A stretch of 64,000 nucleotides of DNA from the human T2T-CHM13v2.0 reference genome, Homo sapiens, in the NCBI RefSeq assembly GCF_009914755.1, contig NC_060936.1, one strand, 5' to 3'. The translations under genes and the position numbers were made by a program. The notes under the pieces are model-generated. The model saw only the letters and a program-made list of their open reading frames with translations, had not been told where the DNA came from and did no database searches. Shown piece after piece: positions 41,853-54,434 of this stretch; position 1 is the first letter of the stretch; each line of letters starts with the position of its first letter.

Positions 41853-44113
41853 GTACCTTTGAATCATTAGTTCTTAGCATTTTATATAATTATATTTTCA
41901 TGAAACTCTTTTTTTCTTTTTATAGATTTAAAATATTTACATTTTGAATTGCTATACATATAAACAAATTAGGAGATAAATTAAGGTTCATTCCCTTTAC
42001 ATCAAAAACTTAATTCTTTGCACTGTAGAAGATTGTGAATCCCAGAACTGGAGTGTTTTTTAAAAAAAATCTTGGAATGTATCATTCTCTTAGAAAACCA
42101 TTGATAGTAGAATTGAAAGTAGTTCAGTGTGTTATATAGTAGTTGAAGTTTATAATCACTGTAATTGATTAGTTGGTGATGTCATGATGACCCAATATGC
42201 ATGATATAGAAAGTGTCCTGTGAATAGCAATATACAGTTTCAGAGATGTCGTAGTAGTCTCTTAAAGTGATGGCTTGATAATTTTTATAATTGGAAAGAT
42301 GACAAGTTTTTATTTTAAGTTTTTCAATTAACACTATACAAATATATAGAGATGTAGTGCTAAAATGTTGTTCAATCATTGTGTGCTCTAAAGCTAAAAA
42401 TATAAAATATATAAATATTAAGATTCTAAAATACATCAGTCATAGAGCATACCAGGAAATCTACTAAAAATGAAATTTAATTAAATGTTACTATACTAAT
42501 GTCTAATGGTAATGAGGAGAATGCTTATACAAACACTATGTCTTGTTAATGGGAATACTTAGTTTTGAATTTATCTTATTTTTAGCATGCAGTGGTTTTA
42601 TGACATATTTATATATTATTTATAAATCAGTTTATAATTAATTTATAGTTTTAAATTTTAGAAATTATATTATAGCTATATATTATAGCATATCAGTTAT
42701 ATATATGCCATATGATAGTTATATATAATTCCATTTTATTAAAATTTTTATTAAAGACTTCCCAGATAAGAGAAAATGAAGTATTACATTCCTGTGACCC
42801 ATGCTAGCCTTGTTATAAAGGCCCAATAATTTTTGAATGATGCAATGAAAGACATTTTCAATTACCCATTCAGTTTATATTTCGTAAGACAAAAACCTAC
42901 ATTCTAGATCAGCTTATAACTCATCCTTGCTCTATTAAATAGTTTAAGGATAGAGGATAAAACATCTGTGTAATCTCTATTTAACTTTCTTGTCTGTACA
43001 TATTATAGACTGCAGGTTAATGATGAGCTCCAGAGAGGTAAATAATTTTATGCTTAACATGGTAAAAGACTGAAAAAGAGATAATGTCCCTTTTCAATCA
43101 TAGTGTCACATCATGAAATACTAGGGAAGTATTTAATAGCGTACTTGGAGGAATTTCAAAAAAAGTGAAAATGATTAAAATGAAATTATAAAATACAAAA
43201 GAAAATGAGTTGAAAAACAAGTTAGAACAAAAAGTGACTTGGGGTTTCCTGATCCTTAGTTAAGTAGTATTGTCGAATATATAATATTATATTCTCTTCT
43301 CTTTTGATTTGTTTCTTATTTTAAGGGATAAAGTTTTGCACCTCTGTCACTCTCTCTTAGATGTATTAGTTAGCTGAGACATTAGTATAAGCTCTCTCTG
43401 ACTTTAGTCTATTTTTTTTCCCCAAAGACTTTCAGTGTCTCTTTTTGACTCTCCTTTTTTTTTTTTTTCTGACAATTCTGTCATTGGTTGTGTTTGGACT
43501 TCTCATTTCTATGTTTCATGAGTTATAAATCAAATGTATGACAGATATAAATTATTGTTGAATAGATTAGTGTTGGGCCAATATAATAAGTTACATTTAT
43601 AGGGTACTTTCCACATTAACAAATTGATTATCTTCTTTTCACAATAGTCTTTTCACTCTCCCTTTTGAACTGAATAATATTGATATTCAGAAAAATTAAA
43701 GTAGCAATCTAAAGTTACTCAGTAAATGGAACAACTGAGACAAGTATAGCTCTTTTATTGGGACAAATTATTGTTTTCTGTCAGAGAAATTTAACTTACA
43801 ATTATTCAAGATCTTGGTGTCCTGGGTGTTTTTTTGTTTTTTTATTTTTTATTTTTAACTTGGAGAAAATGGTTAGCTTACCATCATATCAACTCTGTTA
43901 TTTTAACAATTATTCAGATACTGGTATTGATTTTTTTGTTAGGAAACTATTTATTTTGTTTTCAATAAGTAGTAAAATTACTTTATTTTGGACTATTTTT
44001 ACAATTTTAAAATATAAATGTAGTTCATTTACATGACATTTTATGGTAAATAATTTAAATTGTATATATGTACATTTACTATTTTGGCAGTTTCTTCAAA
44101 TTTTTTTTTTCAG

Positions 44114-44229
44114 CGCAGTACTGTTAACTGTTCTGATTCCTTGCTTTCCAAATTAAATAAAAGTCAAGATGTTTTCAGTCCATCACATAAAACTACACGA
44201 TTTGGGACATTATTTGAAAGATTAAACAG
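44114..44229 (+). CDS. C12orf40: C12orf40 coding exon 7 (116 nt; RSTVNCSDSLLSKLNK...TLFERLN); gene continues beyond window
   Basis: T10-cag|CGC acceptor, CAG|GTAAGC donor; phase 2 end; no later exon found in the window. Confidence 0.88.
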
Positions 44230-44447
44230 GTAAGCAAAGATGCTGAAGGAAATAAAGAAGCTGTAGCATTCTGTACTTTCACTTAGAAATTTGATTTTAA
44301 TGGACACAAATATTTTTAGTTAAAAATATAAACAGTCCTAAGTAATACTTCTAGAAAAAAATTCAAAAAGTAAAATGTATTATTTAATTAAAATAGTGTA
44401 AGTAATTATTTTATAACATGAACATCTACCTTTCATTTATTTAAGTT

Positions 44448-44713
44448 TATTTTTTATTTTTTGAAAAGAAGTCTCGCTCTTTCACCCAGGCTGGAGTGCA
44501 GTGGTACAATTATCTTAGCTCGCTGCAACCTCTGCCTCCTGAGTTCAAGTGATTCTCGTGCCTTAGCACCCAAGAGGCTGGGATTACAGGTGTGTGCCAC
44601 CACAGCCAATTGGCTAATTTTTGAATTTTTAGTAGAGATGGGGTTTCACCTTGTTGGCCAGGCTGGTCTCAATCTTCTGGCCTCAAGTGATCTGCCCACC
44701 TTAGCCTCCCAGA
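44448..44713 (-). mobile_element. 5'-truncated Alu
   Basis: Alu body ending at GCCTCCCAGAGT; TCATTTATTTA repeated on both flanks. Confidence 0.9.
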
Positions 44714-44880
44714 GTCATTTATTTAGTTTTAAAATTATTTTGGACAGAGGTATTTTGCACATTTTACAATCTCCATGAATTACTGTTTTCTTTTTCTGCA
44801 AAAATAGTGATTTCTTTTTCACATTTGTGGTAGTTGAATAGAATCCCACTTTCATTTTCTAGATGTCTATATATACAGTA

Positions 44881-45235
44881 CAGTAGTGCCACCTTATCCA
44901 CAGGGGATATGTTCCAAAACCCCCAGTGGAATCCTGAAATTGCAGACAGTGCCAAACCCTATATATGCTATGTTTTTTTGTATGCATACATCTATGGTAA
45001 AGTTTAATTTATGTTAGGGACAGTAATAGATTAACAACAATAACTAATAATAGAATAGAACAATTATAATGATATACTGTTAAAAGTTATAAGAATGTAG
45101 TCTCTTGGTCTCAAAGTATCTTACTATATATACTGTACTTACCTATTTTTGGACTGCGGTTGACTGTGGGTTATAGACCGACCATGGAAAGCAGAAACTG
45201 CAGAAAGTGAAACTGTGGGTAATAGGGAATTCTGT
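44881..45235 (-). mobile_element. MER44-type Tigger MITE
   Basis: TA-CAGTAGTGCCACCTTATCCACAGGGGATATGTTCCAAAACCCCCAGTGGA TIR; TTTTGGACTGCGGTTGACTGTGGGT near the other end. Confidence 0.8.
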
Positions 45236-47367
45236 GAATCCTAGTTTGTTGTTTTAAAATCTATTAAGCTTGTAAAACCAGTTTGACCCACTCCTGGTGA
45301 TGTGATGAGAAACCTTGACTCTGTCATACTATCCTAGTTTCCTTATTTTGGTAAATGGCACCACTATTCACTGAGTTGCTAAAGCCAAAATAAAAGTTGT
45401 ACTTGATTCCTTCCTTTCCTTCAACTCTCAATGTCCATTTCACCAAAAAAGTTGTCAATTCTGTATTTTAATAAAGTTTAAAATTATCTACTTACATTTC
45501 TGTTTGTATGGGTTCCATCCCAGTCTATGACATCATTCTTTCTTGCCTGGAGAGTTGTAATGCCAGGTAACAGTTCTTTTTTGTTCTGAGATACATTTTT
45601 TAAAAACAGTTTTATTAAATGACATAAAATAAACTAAACTTATTTAACTATGATAATGAATTTATGCACTTTGATAAATTTTGACAATGTCAAAGATAAT
45701 GACACATGAACACATTTATTATCCCCAGTAGTTTATTTGGGTACCTTGGTAATCCCTTCTCCCTATTGCTTCACATCCCTTGTACCTATCCCAAAGCAAC
45801 CACTGATCTGCTTTGTGTTGCTCTGTATTAGCCCATATTTTCTATAATTTTAAATAAGACATCATATAGTGTGTTCTTTTTTGTTGTTTGACCTCTTTCA
45901 CTCAGTGTAATTATTTTGAAATTCATCTATGTTGGTTGTTGCCCGTATCTATAGTTCATTCCTTTTTATTGCAGGGTAGTATTTCATTGTATGGACATAG
46001 CACAACGTATTCATTTACCTGTTCATGGGCATTTGGTGTTTCCCCCGAGTTTTTGCCTATTCCAAATATACCTGCTGTGACAGTTCATGTATAAGTCTTT
46101 GTTTTGACATATACTTCATTTCTCCTGGGTGCAAGTGGAATGACTGGATCATTTGTTAGGTGTATGTTTAAGTTTAAAAAAACTACCGAACTATTTTGCA
46201 GTGGTATTTGTATCATTTTATATTCCCATTAACAATGTATGAACATTGCAGCGCATCCTTGTCAACACTTGGTACAGTCAGTCTTTTAAAATTTAACCCA
46301 TTCTAGTCAGTGTGTAGTAGTATCTCATGTTTTTAATTTGCATTTCTCTAATGACTAATGATTTTGGCATCTTTTCATGTGCATATTAGCCATGTGTGAC
46401 TCTGGTGAAATGTTTACCCTTTTCATTTTATTACTGGTACCTTTTTGAAGTGCAAAAGGTTTAATTTGATGAAGTCCGACATTAATTTTTTCATTTATTG
46501 TGCTTATGGTGTCAAAACCAACAAATCTTTGCTTAACCCAAGGTCATGAAGATTTTCTTCTGTTTTATACTTTTAGATCTTACATGTAGGTCTGTGATTC
46601 ATTTTGAGTTAATTTTTATGTGTTGGGTGTGGTAAGGGTCTGAATCCATTATTTACATTTGTGGAAAAGAATATTTTTTCCTTGCTTAATTGCTTTGGCA
46701 CCTTTGTCAGAAATCAATTGACTGTAAATATAAGGATTTTTTTCTGGAATCTCAGTTCTGTTCTGTTGATTATGTTAGTACCAAACTGTCTTGGTTACTG
46801 TAGCTTTATTGTTAGTTTTGAAATCAAAGAAGTGTATTAGTCCAACATTTTTTTTTCAAAAGTGTTTTGGCTCTTCTTAATCCTTTGCAATTCCATATAA
46901 ATTTTAGGATCTGATGGTCAGTTTCTGCAGCACAATCAAAAACCAGAAACCAAATCTATTTGGATTTTAAGAGATTATGTTGAATTTATAGATTAATTTT
47001 GATAGAATTGCCATCTTAACAATAGTGACTTTGACAGTCCACAAGCATAAAATGTTTTTCTTCTTTCATCTTCTTTAATTTCTTCAATAATATATTATGG
47101 TTTTCAGGCTATAAGCCTTGTTTCTTTCTTCCTAGTATTTTATTCTTTTTATGCTTTCGTAAATGGAATTACTTTCCCAATTTCATTTTTGGATTATTCC
47201 TCGGTAGTGTATAGAAATACGATTAATTTTTGTATATGAATCTTACATCTTTTGACTTTGACAATTTTATTATTCTAGTAATAGTTGAGTAGGGGTTTTT
47301 TTAAATCATGTTGGAATACATTGTCCATAGTAAGTATATTTTTACCTCTCTCTTTTCAATCTGGATG

Positions 47368-47546
47368 TCTTCTTCTTCTTCTTCTTCTTCTTCTTCTTCT
47401 TCTTCTTCTTCTTCTTCTTCTTCTTCTTCTTCTTCTTTTTCTTCTTCTTCTTCTTTCTTCTTCTTCTTCTTCTTCTTCTTCTTCTTTTTCTTCTTCTTCT
47501 TCTTTCTTCTTCTTCTTTTTCTTCCTCTTCTTCTTCTTTTTTTTTT
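47368..47546 (+). repeat. (TTC/GAA)n microsatellite: 23 pure TCT units then an interrupted tract, ~180 bp all-pyrimidine
   Basis: Direct reading; pure run 47368-47436. Confidence 0.97.
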
Positions 47547-47558
47547 GCATTGTGAATG

Positions 47559-47587
47559 TGATCTTAGCCAAAAGGCCAGGGAGCAAT
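47559..47587 (-). pseudogene. U2 snRNA 5'-fragment retrocopy (nt 1-29)
   Basis: Minus strand ATTGCTCCCTGGCCTTTTGGCTAAGATCA vs U2 ATCGCTTCTCGGCCTTTTGGCTAAGATCA; 19-nt exact match plus 4 mismatches, two of them at CpGs. Confidence 0.85.
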
Positions 47588-47714
47588 TTTTACTTCCCTT
47601 TCTTGCTTAACTTTGCTAACTAGAGCCTCCAGTACAATGCTGAATAGCAGTGGCAAGAGCAGATGTGCTTATTGTTCTCAGTTTTAGGGAAAAAGCATTC
47701 AGTCTTTCACCAGT

Positions 47715-48685
<971 letters not shown>

Positions 48686-50193
48686 TCAGAAAAAGTTGAA
48701 AGTGTTTCCCCCTGTTTTATGTAAGAATTTGTGGAGGGTTGGTATTATTTCTTTTCTAAGTTTTTCTTAGAATTCACCAGTGAAGGCATCTGCACATGGA
48801 CTTTTTTTTAGTGAGAACACTTAATTGCTAATTCATTTTCTTGTTATGGTCTGTTCAGATTGTCTAGTTTGTTCTTGAGTCAATTGTGGTAATTTGTGTT
48901 TTACTAGGAATTTGTCCATTTCATCTAAGTTGCATGATTTGTTGGCATGAAGTTGTTTATAGTATACCCTTGAAATCCTTTTAGTTTCTGTAAGATTGGT
49001 GTTTATATCACTTCTTTAATTCTAGATATGCATTCTCTCTCTTTTTTTCATGTTTAGTGTAGCTGAAGATTTTTCAATTTTGTAGGTCTTTTTAAACAAC
49101 TGAGTTTTGGTTTAATCAATTTTCTCAATTGTTTTTCTATTTTCCATTTTTTAAGTTCTACACTAATGTTTATAATTTTCTTTTTCTGCTTGCCTTGGAT
49201 TTAGGTTGCCCGTCTTTTTCTAGTTTCTTAAAGTGGTAGCTTAACCTGCTGATTTTATATCTTTCTCTTGTAGTACTGCTTAGATGTCAACTAATGATTG
49301 GTCAGAAGTTGTGTTTAAACAGCTAGACCTAATAAGGCTTCCTCTTGTATGCAACACCTCACATTCAGCCAAGGATGAGTAGATACCTGAGGCCCTCTGG
49401 TCTCTCCTGAGTGTACACACAGCCTTACACATGTATGCATCCTCCTAGATGACCTCAGGTCTGGGAGTTTATCAAAGCTCATTATGACTATTTGTTTTCC
49501 TGATTTCTCTATGAAATTTCTTAATGGTTTTTGCCTGCTTTCAAATATTACAGTCTCAGGGAGCTGCAGTGTTGGACTTCCCTGATGGTTTGCCACTGAA
49601 AATATGATTGTTTTTGATGCCCTTCCATTACGGGGCTCTCCAACCTTGGTAGAGCTACCACTCATGGATCTAGGGGTGGAGGGAAGGGATAGCTCCAGGC
49701 TATAACTGTATGGACACCTACTATTTCTACTAAGGCTCAGTAGTTTTCTTGAAGTACTGCTTCTCAGTTTATCGTGTGCCTTTGGTTACTTCACACATTC
49801 TGAAATGGTTGTTTTTGCACATTTTGTCTGGTTTTAACATTGCATTTTGGGGGAGAGTATTTGCCAAATTGCTCACTCTATCATCCCAGAAGGTCCTGCC
49901 CCACATCAGGTTTTTTTTTTCTTCTTTTTCTAATGTTAAACCAACCTTGTATTCCTGGGATAAATCCCACCTGTCACAATATGTTATTCTTGTTATGTAT
50001 TCTTGACTTTGATTTGGTAAAATTTTGTTAGGAAATCTTGTGTCAGTCTTCATGAGGAATATTATTTTGTAGGTTTCTTTTCTTGTAATATCTTAGTCTG
50101 GTTTTGACCAGCATAATGTCAGTGTCATAGAATGAGCTGGGAAGTATTCCATCATGTTTAATTTTCTGGAAGAGTTTGTATAGAAAGCATATA

Positions 50194-51388
50194 CAGTTAT
50201 GTGCTGCATAACAATGTTTCAGTCAACAATGAATGGCATATATGATGGTGGTCCCATAATATTATAATGGAGCTGAAAAATTCCTACCATCTAGTGACAT
50301 CGTAGCTATTGTAATATAGTAGCACAGCTCATTCCTCATGTGTTTGTGTGATGCTAGTATTAACAAACCTGCCAGTCATATGAAAGCATAGCATATACAA
50401 TTATGTATAATACATAATAATTGATAATGATAATAAATGACTTGTTAATGGTTTATGTATTTATTATACTATTTATTGTTATTTTAGAGTGTGCTCTTTC
50501 TACTTATTAGAAAAAAAGTTAATTGTAAAACAGGCTCAGGCAGGGCCTTTCAGGAGGTATTCCAGAAGAAGGCATTGTTATCATAAGAAATGACAGTTCC
50601 CTGTGAATCACTGCCCCTGAAGACCTTCCAGTGGGACAAGATGGGGAAGTGAAAGACAGTGAGATTGATGATCCTGACCCTGTGTGGACCTAGGCTAATG
50701 TATGTTTATGTCCTAGTTTTTAACAAAAAAGGTTAAAAGTAAGGAAAACATTTAAAAAAATTTAAAAATAGAAAAAAGCTTATAGAATAAGGCTGTAAAG
50801 AAAAATTTTTTTACAGCTGTACAATGTATTTGTTTTAAGCTAAGTTATTACAATAGAGTCAAAAAGTTTAAAAAATTAAAACATTTATAAAGCTACAGTA
50901 AGATAAGGTTAATTTATTGATGAAAGAAATTTTTAAAAATAAATTTAGTGAAGCGTAAGTGTAGAGTGTTTATAGTCTACAGTAGTGTATAGTAATGTTC
51001 TAGGCCTTCACATTCACTCCCCACTCACTGACTTACCCAAAACAACTTTCATCCTGCAAGCTCCATTCATGCTACGTGTCCTTTGCAGATGTGCCTTTAA
51101 AAAAATTTTTATGCTGTATTTTTTTCCTATACCTTTTCTATGTTTAGATACACAAATATCATTGTGTTACACTTGCCTACAATATTGTGCTATAGGCAAT
51201 TGTACTGTAGGCAATACTGTACAGGTTTGTAGCCTAGGAGCAATAGGCCATACTATATAGCCTCGGTGTGTAGTAGGCTGTCCCATCTAGGTTTGTGTAA
51301 GTACACCCTATGATGTTCCCACAATGACAAAATTGCCTAATGACACATTTATCAAAATGTATTCTTGTTGTAAAGTGATACATGATTG
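50194..51388 (-). mobile_element. Second Tigger3-family element, opposite orientation to 26456-27681
   Basis: TA-CAGTTATGTGCTGCATAACAATGTTT ... ACATGATTG-TA termini; internal GTATTCCAGAAGAAGGCATTGTTATCATA is the reverse complement of the first copy. Confidence 0.85.
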
Positions 51389-52018
51389 TAATTTCTAACT
51401 TAAATCATAAAGTTAATCAGTGAAGCCATGTGAGTACTGGTGTTCTCTTTTGTGGGAAGTATTTTTATTACAGTTTTAAGTTTTTACTGAACACAGGGCT
51501 AGTCAATCAGATTATTTGTTCTTGAGTGAGCTTTGGTAGTTTGTGTCTTACAAAGAATGTATTTATTTTGTCTACCTTGTAGAATTTATTGACATAAAGT
51601 TATTCATAACTTTCTCTTATTGTTTGAAATCTTTACCATCTGTAGCACTTTCTCTCTCATTAATGAGATTATTTTTCTCTTATTCTCTATTTTTTTCTGA
51701 CTTCTGATACAGCAATATCAATTTTATTTATGTTCTTACAGAATTATCTTTTAGTTTCACAAGTCTTTTATTTTTATATTTTTAAAAATTGCATTGAATT
51801 CTGCTTTTCTATTTATTATTTTCTTTTGTCTGCTTATTTTGCATTTAATTTCCTCTGCGTTTTCTAGTTTTTTTAAGAGGTAAGGTCATTGGTTTGAAAC
51901 CATTCTTCTTTACTAATATAGGCATTTTAGGGCTATAAATTCTCTACTAACTGCTGTTTTTGCTGTATCTTACAAATTTTGAAATATTATGTTTTCATTT
52001 TTATTCACATCAAAATAC

Positions 52019-52319
52019 TTTTTTTTTTTTGAGACAGTGTCTAGCTCTGTTGCGCAGACTGGAGTGCAGTGGTGTGATGTTGGCTCACTGCAACCTCTGC
52101 CTCCCCGGTTCAAGTGATTCTCCTGCCTCAGCCTCTTAAGTAGCTGGGATTACAGGTGCCTCCCACCACGCCTGGCTAAGTTTTAAAAATATTTTTAGTA
52201 GAGTTGGGGTTTCACCATGTTGGCCAGACTGGTCTCGAACTCCTGACCTCAAGTGATCCACCTGCCTCAGCCTCCCAAAGTGCTGGGATTATAGGCTTGA
52301 GACACCATGCCCAGCCTGG
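52019..52319 (-). mobile_element. AluS-type
   Basis: Full dimer; TSD ATCAAAATAC. Confidence 0.95.
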
Positions 52320-53808
52320 ATCAAAATACATTCTAATCTTTCTTTGGATTTCTGTTTCAATCCATGAGTTATTTAGAAATTTTGTATTTGGTTCCCAGAA
52401 ACTAAGACTTTCCCATTATCTTTATGAATTAATTCCTTTGTGGACAAGGAACATACTTTGTATGATTTGATCCTTCCAAATTTATTCAGACTGGTATAGT
52501 GGCTAAGAATATGGTTTACATTTAATATGACAATGTATAGGTTTGGATTTAAGTCTGTCCTCTTGCTGTTTGCATTTTGTCCATCCCTTTGCCTCTTTTT
52601 CTACTTTTATTTAAGTATTTTTATGACTTCTTTTCATCTCTTTGTTTATTAGCTATAATTCTGTTTTATTATTGATTGCTTTAGACTTTATCAGATATAT
52701 ATTAATGTATCACAGATTATCTTCAAGTTATAGTATCAAGTATAGTATAAGAATCTTACAGTAGTATACTTTTTATTTCTTCTCTCCTTTGGCCTTTGTG
52801 TTATATTCGTACATTTATTTATGTGTATGTTATAAACCCAATAATGCATTGTTGTTTTGTTTTAAAGAAAGCTAAATAAGAAAATATGTTTCTTATATTT
52901 AAGCACGTAGTTGTTATTTTTAGTGGTCTTCATTATTTTGTGTAGATATAGATTTCCATCTGGTGTCATTTTCTGTTTGAAAGACTTAACATTTCTTCTA
53001 TTGTAGATCTGCTGGTGATTAATGCTCTAATCTTTGTATATTTGCAAATTTCTGTTTTTGAAAGATGTCTTTTGACTTGGTGTAGTTTCCAACTAGAAGT
53101 TTGCTGTCATTATCTTAATATCTGTATATATAATATAGTTTTTATCTTTGTTTTTGTGATTTTTCTGTCATGATTTTTTAAACATTGATTTCTCTTCTTT
53201 GATTAAGATATTAATTTTCTTTCTATTTCTTATGTTTGGGTTTTCTTGATCTTGGATTTGTGGACTTATTTTTATCAAAAATTTTTAGCCATTATTTCTT
53301 CAAATATTTTTTCTGACTCCTTTCCTTCTCCTTGGGGGACTCAAATTGGTAAATTAGTCTACTTGAAATCTCAGTTTACTGGTGCTCTGTTTTTTCCAGT
53401 CTTTTTTCTCTCATTGTTTTATTTTATGTAGATTATATTACTATATCTTCCACGTCCATAATTGTATCTTCCGTGTGGTCTTATCTGCTGGTAATCCCAT
53501 CCAGTGTAATTTTCATCTCTAGAACTTTGATTTACCTTTTCTTTTTTATCTTTCATGTATCTATTAGGCATGTTCAGTATTTCCTCTGTCTCCTTGAATA
53601 CAGGAAATATAGTTATGATAACTGTTTTAATGTACTTGTCTACGAATTCCATTATTTTTGTCATTTCTTGATCTGTTTTTAATAATTGATTTTGCTTCTC
53701 ATTATAGATCTTCTCTTTTTTGCATTCCTGGTAATTTTGTTGGATTCTATACATTATGAATTTTTATTTTTATGGCTGCTGGACATTTTTATTTTCCTGC
53801 ACATCATC

Positions 53809-53860
53809 CTTGGAAACACTATGGTACTTGGAAACACTATGGTACTTGGAAACCCTATGA
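53809..53860 (+). repeat. 18-bp minisatellite CTTGGAAACACTATGGTA x ~2.9
   Basis: Units at 53809, 53827 and 53845. Confidence 0.9.
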
Positions 53861-54434
53861 TCTTATTGAGGCTTGCTTTTAAATTTTGTCAAGCAGGACC
53901 AATAAGCCTTCAGTTTGTAGTTAATTTTGCTCCACTGCTGAGGCAATACCCTTCTGAATACTTTCTTGATCCCCCTTGAATTATGAAATTTTCCACTCTA
54001 GAGGGTGGAATCAAAATTTTCCCCCCTAGTGAGCTCCTGAGATTGTTCTATTTTTCTTACCTTGGGTGGTTCTTTTCACAGCCTTCGGCAATTACTTCAC
54101 ATGCATGTGCCGGTTAGTATTTAGTTGAACACTTGAGAACACTCTGGATCTCTGGAGGTCTTACTCTCTGAAACACTCTCCTTTATGGTACTCTAACTTG
54201 TGAACTCTATCCTCTGCAATCTCCCTGGATCCCCAGCTGTTTCCTCAACAAAGGGAGCCTCAGTTGGGCTCTGATTAGGTTCTCTTTCCTTGTTCTGTGG
54301 CTTGAATGTTCTCTCCAGACAATAACCTAGGAACAATCACAGAGTTCTCCTCATTTGTTTTCTCTCTCTCAGGGATCATTATCTTGCTCACCTGGTCTCC
54401 TCTGACTGAAAACTGTTGTCCATATATTTTGTTC

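Noticed and set aside
47285-47623. Poly-Leu, poly-Ser/Phe and poly-Lys/Glu/Arg ORFs
   Set aside because: Translations of the TTC/GAA microsatellite, which has no stops.
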